The notes beneath the pieces were generated by a model, which had not been told where the DNA came from, ran no database searches, and saw only the letters and a list, made by a program, of their open reading frames with translations. From contig NC_068981.1 in NCBI RefSeq assembly GCF_001194135.2, positions 181,195,945-181,259,944 on the forward strand: DNA of 64,000 bases, read 5' to 3'. Below, in pieces: positions 24,895 through 35,925 of this stretch. The translations under genes were made by a program, and so were the position numbers. The DNA is from Octopus bimaculoides. Taxonomy: Eukaryota. The stretch's first letter is position 1; every line of letters begins with the position of its first letter.

Positions 24895-26179
24895 TCAGGT
24901 CATCCCATAAGTTCTGTCCGATTTTACCTTTTTTAAAATTGAATGAAATTTAATAGTATTTTAGAATGTCTAATGGAATTAAAAATTATTTTTATGCATT
25001 TGTGCACATTTAAACTAATTAAATATTATTTTACAGAATAATAGAATTAAAATTTCTTTGATTAAAACCATTTCTCACATGGAAGTATCCAAAGAGCATT
25101 TAAGGCACATAAGGCTTTATGAGTACAAAAAAAGGAAATTCTGCAGCCGAAGCGACTCGAAACATACACTCAGTTTATGAGAAAGAATGCTTGAATGAAA
25201 GAACTTGCAGAAGATGGTTTGCAAAATTCAGAAGTGGAGATTTCAGCCTTGAAGATGAAAATCGAACAGGACATCCAGTTGAGTTTGATGATAAGCTCCT
25301 TGAGGTATTACTTGAAGAAAATCCTGCATTATCAGTTGAAGAATTGGCAATAAATCTTATTTCAAACCAAACAAATGTTCATCGTCATCTTCAACACTTG
25401 GAAAGGTTCCTATTGGAAAATGGGTGCCTCATGAATTGTCCGAAAGCAACCGCAAATCCTGAGTTGACATCTGCTCTTCTCTCCATTCTCACAAACTCAT
25501 TTCACCCTTTTTGGATAGACTTGTGACTGGCAACGAAAAATGGATCTTCTATCGAAATGTTAAACGTCGTAAACAGTGGCATGGTAAAAGGGAAAAAGCT
25601 CAACTACAACTGAGAAGGGAACTTCATGGGAAAAAGTTTCTTCTCTCTATCTCGTGGGATTGCAAAGGAGTAATTTACTTTGAATTGTTACCACCTAATG
25701 CAACAATCAATGCTCAAGTCTACTGTCAGCAATTAGAGTGTTTGAACCAAGCTTTGAAGAAAAAAAGACTCGCTTTAGTGAATCAAAAAGGAGTGATGTT
25801 TCATCAGGACAATGCACGACCCCACACTGCAAAGATCACATCACAGAAGATCGAAGAGCTTGGTTGGGAAAAAATTCCTCATCCACTTTATTCTCCCAGC
25901 CTTGCTCCTTCAGACTACCATTTGTTTTGTAGTTTACAGAATCATTTGGGGGACATAACCTTCACAAGCCAGGAGGAGGTCGAAACTGACATTTCAGAGT
26001 TCTTCGCTTTGAAACCAAAAGAGTTTTACATTGATGGGATTAAAAAGCTTGTAAATAGATGGAAGGAAGTCATAGATAATCAGGGAAAGTATATTGATGA
26101 TTAAATTTCAATTAAATATAATATTTGATCGCTTGTTTTCTTTATTCAAAATTCAGACAGAACTTATGGGATGACCTGA
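24895..26179 (+). mobile_element. Full-length non-functional mariner (DD34D) transposon
   Basis: TIRs TCAGGTCATCCCATAAGTTCTGTC at both ends, TA duplications at 24893-24894 and 26180-26181, length 1285 bp. The transposase starts at ATG 25079 and stops at 26104. Motifs: WVPHEL, HQDNARPH, YSPSLAPSDYHLF, with 34 residues between the last two Asp. Confidence 0.95.
25079..26104 (+). pseudogene. Mariner transposase pseudogene
   Basis: At least two frameshifts (A-run near 25130 and near 25400), an in-frame TGA near 25460, and the first catalytic Asp mutated (VTGNEKW instead of VTGDEKW). The supplied ORFs 25119..25526 and 25511..26104 are pieces of it. Confidence 0.9.
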
Positions 26180-26646
26180 TAATATAATCTTCAGTCTGGC
26201 TTGGGACTAACTTTACATTCTTCCAGGTTATATTTATTGATATAAAATGAAATATTGTGAAGAAAAATTTCATTTGGTTTGTTGGTTTTGAAGCACAAGA
26301 ATGATTGACAAAATAGAGTTAAACAGTGCACAAGTTTTTTTAGGATTCACAGGAATCGGTTGTCAATACATCACAGAATCTGGACTTAGTATAGCTTTGT
26401 AGGTTGCAGCTATTTTGATGTGTAAGTTTTTACTATTTTCAGTTTGTGGTAATGGCATTCTCTTTGATGCACACTGTATCAACTCTGCTGTACCTCAAGG
26501 TTTGGTAATATTTCCCACACTCTACCTTCTGTACATTAGAACCCAAGATTTTGTCAGTTCTGACAACATATTCCTAAGTAAATGATACCACCCTTTATGA
26601 TTTCTTAACTTTCTACACATATTTAAGCTCTTCACTCCCTATGGAG

Positions 26647-26835
26647 AAGAGAGAAGAACCGTTTTTCCATGAAGTTCCCTTCACGGTTGTGGTTGAGCTT
26701 TTTCCCCTTTTACCAAGCCACTGTTTATGACGTTTAACATTTCAATAGAAGGTCCATTTTTCGTCACCAGTCACAAGTCTGTCCATAAAGGGCAAAATGA
26801 GTTTGCAAGAATGGAGAGAAGAGCAGATGTCAACT
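26647..26835 (-). mobile_element. Internal fragment of the same mariner family, inverted, between 12-bp direct repeats
   Basis: The reverse complement aligns to 25461-25648 and retains VTGDEKW. It is flanked by CTCCCTATGGAG at 26635-26646 and 26836-26847. Confidence 0.88.
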
Positions 26836-27511
26836 CTCCCTATGGAGTATGACAAATTCTTTCTTGTGTTCTTCACTCCAAGCTGTCTCCTGGTGATCAA
26901 ACAGTGAGTCAGCCTTGCAGCTTCTTTTCAGATTGAGCTGCACTTCATAAGTGTAGTCTCTCTCTCAAGACTTGTTGGTTTTGAATTGTCTTTGTTGTTT
27001 CTGTAATTTTACTTTTTCTACGTAGTGGTATTGGCCCAACACAAACCCATTTTTATCTCTGGGAAGAGGTGGTCCATATCAGTCTGGTCTCTATCCTTTG
27101 ACCTGTCCAGCATGGAAGACCTACCAGGAGCTTATGTTCTACTGACATTGCTCTTGGGGTCATTGAGGCATACAAGCCACCACATTGCAACAAGGACTGG
27201 ACCTTATGATGGAGCCATCTGTGCACTGACATCATATATATGCAACCTAAACTTCTCTTGCCAGATATCTCAACAGCAACATTTTTGTATCTCACCCTCT
27301 ATACACAAGAGCAAAATACAAGAATTTTAAATGTTAGACCTCATCCTCACACCTCCGATGATATCTCATGGTGCAATCAAGCACACATACAACATAGCCA
27401 AAACAGTATCACAAAGACTAAGCTTTCTCTTTAGTACCAGAAAATGTTTCAATCTTGATCAATAGCTGACCTTCTATGAAGTTCAAGACCCAGATTAGAG
27501 GACTGCTCATA

Positions 27512-27720
27512 TATGAGATGGTATCAAAAGGTTCCTGGACTAGTTACATTTTTAAAAAAATAACTTAAATACCTAAAAGGTTCCTGGACTAGTTACATTT
27601 TTAAAAAAATAACTTAAATACCTAAGTTTTAACATCATCTCCTTCAAAATAGTTACCTTGCACAGCAATACACCAGTCCCAGTGTTCCTGCTACTTTTGG
27701 AATCCAACCTGAATTCACTT
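27512..27720 (-). mobile_element. 3' end of a second mariner family, with an internal 49-bp tandem duplication
   Basis: Minus strand encodes FQK*QEHWDWCIAVQGNYFEGDD, a mariner-type C-terminus. The terminus TATGAGATGGTATCAAAAGGTTCCTGGACT is TIR-like. Perfect 49-bp repeat at 27526-27574 and 27575-27623. Confidence 0.7.
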
Positions 27721-29417
27721 ATACTGTCTCTCCTCTCAGATTTCACACTCAATACTTTTTCCAGTTCTTCATTCCCACTTATGACCTCCTAGAGCTACAC
27801 TGTTTCCTTTAGTCCACATGCTTACTTGTACAATGTATATCTGTACATAATGTATATAAAGTATCTGACATACTTTAACCAATGCTTCACTCAATGACAA
27901 GTCACTTCCTCAAATCATGCTTTTCCACAATCAAGCATTTGAAACTAAGTCTATAACTAACAAAGGAATAGTACAGCAAGTTTAATTATTCAAATCAGAG
28001 CCATTGCAAACTACAAAGGTTGCTAGAACTGATAGAATTCTGACAGAGATTAAGTTGTACTTATAAATAATAAATCAGATTTGTCTTTTATTCTTTTGAA
28101 ATTCTTAACTGTTCCATAGGTAACCAATTTCTCTCTACTAAGATATAAGAGAAACTTAGTGAAGTTAAAACAACCTAATTCTATGTTATTTCAGTTACAA
28201 TGTTATATTGGTTATGTTCAAAAAACATAACCCCTCACCCCACCCCCCACCCACACACATACAAAAAAGATATTGTTACAGGCACAATATTGGTAAATTC
28301 TTAGAAGGATAAAAGGATTCAGATTTTGACAAGCCCAGCAATTTTTTAGTGGGTGGGTGAGATTATTACACCAACCTCAGTGCTCAACTGGTATTTATTT
28401 AATTGGCCCCAAAAAGATGAAAGCAAAAATCAACCTCTGTGATATTTGAACTCAAAATGTAAAGCTAGAAGAAATACCACTGAGCATTTTGTCTGGTGTG
28501 CTGATGATTCTGGCAGCTTGCTTATTGGTAATGACAATTCAAGTTTGGCCCTAAGGCAAGGGAGAACACAAATGGCAATGGAAAAGGTGTAAGAACCAAG
28601 ATGTGGTATGCTTGTTAAAGGTATCTAATATAATGAGAGGGTCGTTGATGCTAAGTGAACTGTGACTCAGGAAGATGAATTTGAAAATTGCTTCTTGGAT
28701 TAGATTTTGTAGAACCCAAAGTAATGAAAAGAAAGAAGAAAATCTCCCTAAAAAAATACAAATGAAATCAAATGTGATTTTTTAGAAAAAAAATTAGGGA
28801 AATAGATAAAAATATTATAAAAGGCAGTATTAAAATTTTGAAAGTAAAATGTTTTTAATACAAATGAAGGCAACGTTGACAATTCTCTTAATAACTTTAA
28901 CAAAAGCAACAATGGTAATGCACAGTTCTGCACACAGACTTTTGCAAATGTCACATCCAACAAAAACTTTCTGGACATAAGCAAGTCCCAGTCAAAAAAG
29001 CAAGTTTGACAGAAGTGTCTCGCAAGGAACTTTGCATGTGTGTGTGTATGCATGTGTACATGTGTATATGTGTGTATGCCTTAGTGTTTATGTTTTTTCC
29101 TCCAACAACACATGACAGCCAGTGTTTGTTGCTTTATACGCCCTAACTTAGTGTACGAGGTTCAATTCATCTGACAAAACCCTTCAAAGCACTGCCCGAG
29201 CATGGCTGAAGTCCAATGACTGAAACAGCTGAAAGAAAGAAGATATTCAAATTGACTTTTCAGTTTATCTTGAAGTGAGATGGACCTTGGCTTGCAGTAG
29301 TAATATATTTATTTCAGTATCAGATTTTCAACACAAACCACATTTTTTGTTTTGGAAGTTACCCAGTTTTTCTCTCAGTTCATTTGTGCTTTGTCGTTTA
29401 TGTTCACTAACATAAGT

Positions 29418-29581
29418 GCAGGTGTGGGTGTGTGGTAAGAAGCTTGCTTCCCAGCCACATGGTTCAGGGTTCAGTTCCACTGCATGGCACCTTGAGCAAG
29501 TGTCTTCCACTATAGCCTTGTACCAACCAAAGCCTTGTGAGTGGATTTGGTAGATGGAAACTGAAAGAAGCCCATCATGTG

Positions 29582-29628
<47 letters not shown>

Positions 29629-29812
29629 CTTTGTGTCTATGTTTGTCCTCCACCACTGCTCAACAACTAGTGTTGGTGTGTTTGCGTCCCTGTAACTTAG
29701 CAGTTTGGCAAAAGAGACTGATAGAATAAGTACTGGGGTTAATTCCTTCGACTAAAAATTCAAGGCATGCCCCAGCATAGTCGCAGTCAAATGACTGAAA
29801 CAAGTAAAAGAT
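29418..29812 (+). mobile_element. Full-length copy of the same abundant tRNA-SINE family
   Basis: Same head, central microsatellite and tail as 1523-1906. Other copies or fragments (approximate): 6785-6944, 7085-7315, 7941-8097, 9136-9300, 9927-10335, 10937-11310, 15066-15182, 17050-17192, 29060-29240, 41225-41745, 59724-59972, 61210-61590. Confidence 0.85.
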
Positions 29813-30199
29813 AACATTATACATTCAATGGAGCCTTCATCTGCTGCCCATGTTTTACTACCATCCAGTTTTGTGCATAATACAGACATATACAACTGGT
29901 TCACATTCGCTTAGAGAATCCCTTTGCTGGAGGTAGAGATAATAGTTCCCTGAACATTTTCTCAATCTGTTTTTACTTTCAGAACTGTTTCCTCCAATGT
30001 CTCAGAAGTGACCTCTATGAGAAAAGCTATCAGCTACTTTTATGGAACCCTCTGAGCGATTAAAAGAATTTATTTCAGGGGTACTTTTATTACAAACTAC
30101 TAATATGCATCTACATATTAAATCCTTTCCTGTCAGCCTTCTTGTAATTCTATGAACCTGCTGCGCCTTCATAATTTACACCAGGTAAATGATATGGAA

Positions 30200-31860
30200 T
30201 TTTGACTTACTTTTCTCATATCATGCATGGCCTTCTACCAGATGGCAATGGAGTCTAGTCTTCTTTCTTATTAACTAACACTTTTGTCTCTGTCTCTGAC
30301 TTCATGATTTTATGCTTCTACATTTGGAATATTTTCCTAACACTTTGACAGATCCAGCTCTGTGAGCCGGGTCATTGGTATACAAGAGCTCCCCAAAACA
30401 ACCAGTCTTAAACTCTATTTTGTGGAGAACTGTATGAAACAGGTGGATGCTGAGATGCTCACATGGATACTTACTTGCAAACTAAATTCCTTACTGAACT
30501 CATTGCTTATTTCAATGACGGCATGACTAGACATGGTTTGCATGGCTCTGGTGAACCATTCAACATTTAATTTCCTAAGCAACTCCCAGATAAAAGAGTA
30601 TGATACCTTGTGAAAAGCCTTCCCCAGATCAAGGCATAAAAGCTTACTATTTACCAAGAATTTTTCCAGCAGTTGTCTTAAGTGAATGGCAACTGTAATA
30701 ATCCAACCTGTACTTTATGTAAACAAATTTTATCCCTAATTAGTTGTACTATGAACCTTTCTACTACTTTCATAGCTTATGACTAACTTGGCTGACAGGA
30801 TCTCTATTCGTGGTTATTTTTTCACAATCATCAGTTTATAGACTATGGTACTCAGTCAAAGCTCTTTTCTTGATTGGTGAATGCTCAGTAGTGTGACTTG
30901 CTCTCATAACTTATATAGTTACCTCATTAGGAAGAAGACATTGGTAGCACCCTATCTTGACACAAACCTAAGCTGCATCTGATGAAAGTTGTCTTCTTAA
31001 TTAGATTCGATGCCACAGCAGTTATTTCTTTGTAAAGCAACACTTTTGCTCTTGTAATAGTTGATAATGATATACAAGTCATAGGGATTATGTGAATGAT
31101 GGGCATGCATCCAACTTCACTTTTATTTTCAACTTTCATTGATTATTCCTCCTGATCTGGCTTTTTTTTCCTATCTTCATACCCTCAATGGCCATTTGGA
31201 ATGTATAGCAGTCAAATTCAATATAGATTTCTCTGTCAACTTCAATGACTGATTCCTCTGTTAGGTCTGCTTGGAATAATCCCTTTCTCTCATGTGTTCT
31301 CTTCATTTAACAACCCCTGACACATCCAAGCATCTTTCTTTGTGGCTTCAGTGAAGGTAAGTGTACATCCTTTTCCCAAACAATGTCATGATTCACAGAC
31401 TCATTTGCAATCCAGGATATCTCACACCTCTGATCCTCCTGAACACCGGCAAACCTATTACTTTCGGTATATCACTGGGCTAACTATCTTTGATGCCTAG
31501 CTTCTTTCCTATGAACTGGATATCATTCCCTGCTCTCAACTTTCTTATAATCTCCAACTTTTTATGATTCCAACTACTGAATATTATTCGATCATTATGC
31601 TGCATTCTCTAAACTGGAACCTAGCTCTATCTACAAATATAGTCTCTGGCCTGTAGCAGGTTGTCTTGTAGAAACTTCCAGTTGTCCCCTTTGCCATAGG
31701 CATTTATTTCCTCCTCTTTTTCACCATATACAACACTTAGCTCTTTGAATTTGTGTTTAGCAAACAGATCTTTCAATTCTCATATCTTCCTACTCCAGAC
31801 TGTTTTGTATCTCTGTGCCTGTCTAGTTCCTACTGTGAAGTGACTAATAACTGGTTTACA
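30200..31860 (-). mobile_element. Degenerate RTE-like LINE ORF2 (endonuclease-RT region)
   Basis: LDLGKAFHKVSYSFIWELLRKLNVEWFTRAMQTM..NEFSKEFSLQV (RT domain), with upstream broken ORF2 pieces. Boundaries are approximate. Confidence 0.7.
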
Positions 31861-33959
31861 CTGAGTGGTACATTCTTTCTTGGAAAATGACTTAGAATTT
31901 ACAACCATTTGTCTATTTGGTTTATGCATCCACCTGATTGGTTGGTCATCAGGTGACTGGCCAATTTCCTCAAGTTAAACTTGCAAATAGCTTGATCAGT
32001 CATGTCAGAATTTTAAAAACTTTGATCCCTTCTCCATGTACACCAGAATAGCTATCCTAGTGTTGCCCAGCAGGTCCATTAAAGCCACCAATTGTTACTG
32101 TATCTGTCATTTATTATTGAGGTGGTTTGCAACAGGGCCTTTTAGTTCACCTGTCTTAACTGAGGAATATATGCAGGGATCATTAAAGTTCTTGTGTTGT
32201 CTATAACTGATCTAAACTTATCTTCTCATATTATTTCAATTATCTGGTTTAGTTATCTTGTCATATTATTTCAATTATTTTATCTACCCATTTCTTTGTC
32301 AACAAACTTCCTACTGCATCTACTCAGAAGAATTGGTACTGGTGTTTCTTTGTGACATATTTGGTTGAGGCATCCCTCCATCTCATCTCTTGCACACAGC
32401 ACACACCCACTCAACTCTGCTCCACCTTTGCTTCAGACCTTTTTGCATTGTACTATTGTTGATGGTGGAAGCCCTCATGTTTTGTACCTGACATGAAGGG
32501 GTTTCCATTGGCAAGCGGATTGTTGTCTGATGTCAGCTTTTTGTATCTACTACAAGGAAGTAGATTTGTGTGACTGCTTGATGATAGTTGAAGAGTCTCT
32601 AAACAAGCCAGATGTTTCCACTTGAGTACCAAATGAGCACGCACACACAATGTATATGTGTGAGAGCGAAAGAGGCTTGTGTACATTAGTATACTTATCA
32701 ATTACAAAAATTGTCAGAGAATATATTAACTGCAACACAGACATAATGGTAATCACATTATATAGTGTACAAATCTAGCTAGTCATTCCATTTAAATGAA
32801 ATTGCTAACTTAAACTGATTGTTATTCCCAATCGTTGATGACTAAGTTGTGAAGCAGCAGAGATGAAGGATGTACTATGAGCTGATAAACTAAATCTACC
32901 ATAGTAATGGGTATACCATTAAGACCCTTAACCCTTTAGCGTTTAAATGTCAGTCAAATGTAATGCTTATTTATTCAAATGTCTTGAATTAAGACCGCTC
33001 AAGAACGTTATCAATATTTGTTTGTAACTTTAACTTTTTGCTTGTAGACTTGAAATTTTATTTGCAGATGTTTAAATTGCAATGATCAAAAATTATGCAT
33101 TTTCAATAAAATTAGGGATATTGGAGTTGTATTGTTTGACCATGTGACCCTAATATTTTTGAATGGCATTTTGAAGATCTTCTTCACTTTGGCTATCAAA
33201 ATACTCATCATCAAACTAAAATCAGGAATATCTGATTTATCTGAAGACAAGTCATGGTCATTTTCCTTTTTCTTCAATTTTTTGTAAGTTTTTGTTATGT
33301 TCCACATTACGATGACGTATTTTGTTGTCTCTGTGGGACTGGCCCGAACAGCGAACCTCGCTGACTGTGTCAGCTCACTATTTATTAGTAGTGAAGCAGC
33401 CCACTCTTCACTTGGGGGGTGTCTGCCACAACAGTTTTCAAGTGTAAACCCTTCCAAGTTGGAATTGTTATTTGCTGAAGCCATATTGATACTTATAAAA
33501 CAAAATCACTCTCCACTTCAAGCATTGAAAAACAAAGCCCATGAACTGTTGAAAATTCCTCAGTATTCACACTCAAATTTAGGCAGAAATGGCTTCAGTT
33601 TACATTATCTTGTATTTCAGGATTTGAATGTGATTGTTTATTTTCAGAAAGATATTGTAAGGTGTGCAAGAGGCCAGATATGGTTGATTTGGATAGAAAA
33701 TGGGCAGAATATTTGAGCCAGATATCTCTGGTTTAAATGCTGAAGGGTTAATATTAAGTAATATTTACTGAAATATCAAAATAACTGCTATTTGTTGCCA
33801 GACTATACCATACACAATATTCTGAAGTCAGACTACAACCTAAAGTATATTGGGTTGAAATGGGAAAGATGGAGTATGGTTTCAGTTTTTAATAATTAAA
33901 GACATCTCTCTCTCTCTCTCTCAGTTACTAAACTTTATTTCCAAATCTTTTTGATTTAA

Positions 33960-35925
33960 CCCCTAAATGTCAAGAAGAGGTGACATGAATGTGTAAGCTA
34001 AATGGGCAAAAAGACAAAAAAATAAATCTGTTATGGGTATTTTTATACTTATTTTCATTTATAAGTACAAAAATTATGAAAATACTGTTTTAACTTAGAT
34101 TATAAAAATAAAGACAAATGGGCAATATAAGAAATGCTAAGTTCCTGACTTTAATATTTTTTAGGAGTATGATAATCCTTGAAGCATTCCAAGCACAGTG
34201 AAGTTGCGCATTCCTTGCATTCCGATGTCCCCATTTTTTGCTTCTTCTCTCTTTGGGACATATGCATACATACATAACATTGTATAGGACTTGTTTGTCT
34301 TGCATCATTTGCAGACAAATACTCCAAGAAAGGAGACGTCTAAGCACCAAGTCTATCTGGATGATCCAGTGCCATTCTTCCATTGAATGCATGTGTGTCT
34401 TCCATGTTTCTAGAGCAAATGATGACATCATAAGATAACTTCCGTGAAGATAACTCATTCCCAGTTTTTACAAGAGATTGTAGCTATTCAAAACCATTAT
34501 ATCAAGTAAATAGAAAAACAGTTTCTTGCACCATTTTATACACTTTCAAAGGCAATCAATTTGTCCAATTTGCATGTCACTTTTATCAACAATCCTCGTA
34601 TTTATGGTGCAATTATTGAGTATATCAGATTTATAAACATGTTGCTTAGTTCTGAGATCCATTTTCCTTGAAATTTCCGCAAAGCACTTGTGAACATTGG
34701 TAAGCATAGTCACCAGACACTTAACCCTTTAAGGCCAGGTACAAACAGCAAGATTTTCAGTGCAGGACACAAAACAAGAAAAAAAAAATGCTAGATGGTA
34801 ATCAACCAAATAACTTATAATGCAAATGTGGCTTATATACCACACCCGTCTTCTTCACAATTTAGCAATGTGTCAATAAGCCACATCTGTCCTCTGCAGA
34901 AGAAAGCATGTTGTGTCAATAAGCCACACCCAACCTTAAAGTGTTGACCTGTTGTTGAATGACCACTTATTTAACTTGACCTTTCTTCAATCTTTCAAAT
35001 ATAGGCATTTGCTTTCTATTTATTCACACAGTCCCACAGGACTCATTCTTTTTGTCAGACCATTATTAGTATTAGTTCATCCATCATTGTTGATAAGGAT
35101 TAAAGACATCATAATGAAGAAGATGGGGCAGTGTGTGTGTCCAACTGTGGTCAACCAATTTGATGCATACTCAGGTTCTGCCGCAGGTTGGGCACTGTTG
35201 GGACTGGTGGCAAGGAGTTGGCTCTGGACTTGCATAGAATGCGTTTTCTTTGTGTCCCTAGGAGGGGCATCCAATATCTCAGAACTAAGCAACATGTTTA
35301 TAAATCTGATATACTCAATAATTGCACCATAAATACGAGGTAATCACAAAGAGTTGTCTGTGTATATGTGCCCTTGATTGCAATAATGAGTCATCAACGC
35401 ATCAACAAATGCACTGGAAAGTCCCAAATGTGAATTGTTTGAGACATCTGCATCACTTGCTGAATAAATTAGGATATGGAGCACAAGCCAGATTCATAAT
35501 CACATAAAACAAAAACCTTTCTTCCCCAATCAAGCGAAGGTGCTTGTTTGAACATAACTCTTCCTTTGAATAAAAGGAATGACTCTGAATTACTAGTTTC
35601 CAGAATGGTTTAAAAAATGTAACTTCGTTCTTCATCATTTCTAAAATGTGACATATTTCACCATAATCTGTCACTCAAATGATGTTCAGTATCAAATGCA
35701 TTTTGAAAATACCTAAGAAAGTCTCAATAGTGGTTGCACGACATACATTTAAGAAAAATTGGAGCATTTATCAAAACATCATTTTACCAATAATCTACCA
35801 AAATGTGTTTTTTCAAGTGAGCTGTCAGCATAGTCAAAGAAAATTTGTGAAGTTCTATTTTGATCATTTTTCAATCTCATTACTGTAAAGAGCCATAAAA
35901 TATTCACTTTCCTTTGCATCTGGTG
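33960..35925 (-). mobile_element. piggyBac transposase fossil, 5'-truncated, with internal insertions
   Basis: Broken frames give piggyBac motifs in the correct order: DYW*NDVLINAPIF..MS, ESFLLFKGRVMFKQ..KVFVLCD, GHIYTDN, CGTV*INRKQMP, VTMLTNVH, VDKSDMQI..KWCKKLFFYLLDIMVLNSY, and a C-terminal Cys-rich domain CYVC...CKECATSLCLECFKDYH. The element ends at TTAA|CCCCT (33956-33964). Confidence 0.88.
35062..35275 (-). mobile_element. 5'-truncated RTE-type LINE 3' end inserted in the piggyBac fossil
   Basis: Minus strand has QCPTCGR...HTH (the C2H2-like end of RTE ORF2), then GATGGATGAAC and a (TAA)-like tail. Confidence 0.55.

Noticed and set aside
31860-32400. Possible LTR-retrotransposon gag fragment (GEGIKVF motif, minus strand)
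   Set aside because: Too degenerate, with a single short motif and no LTR or pol evidence.
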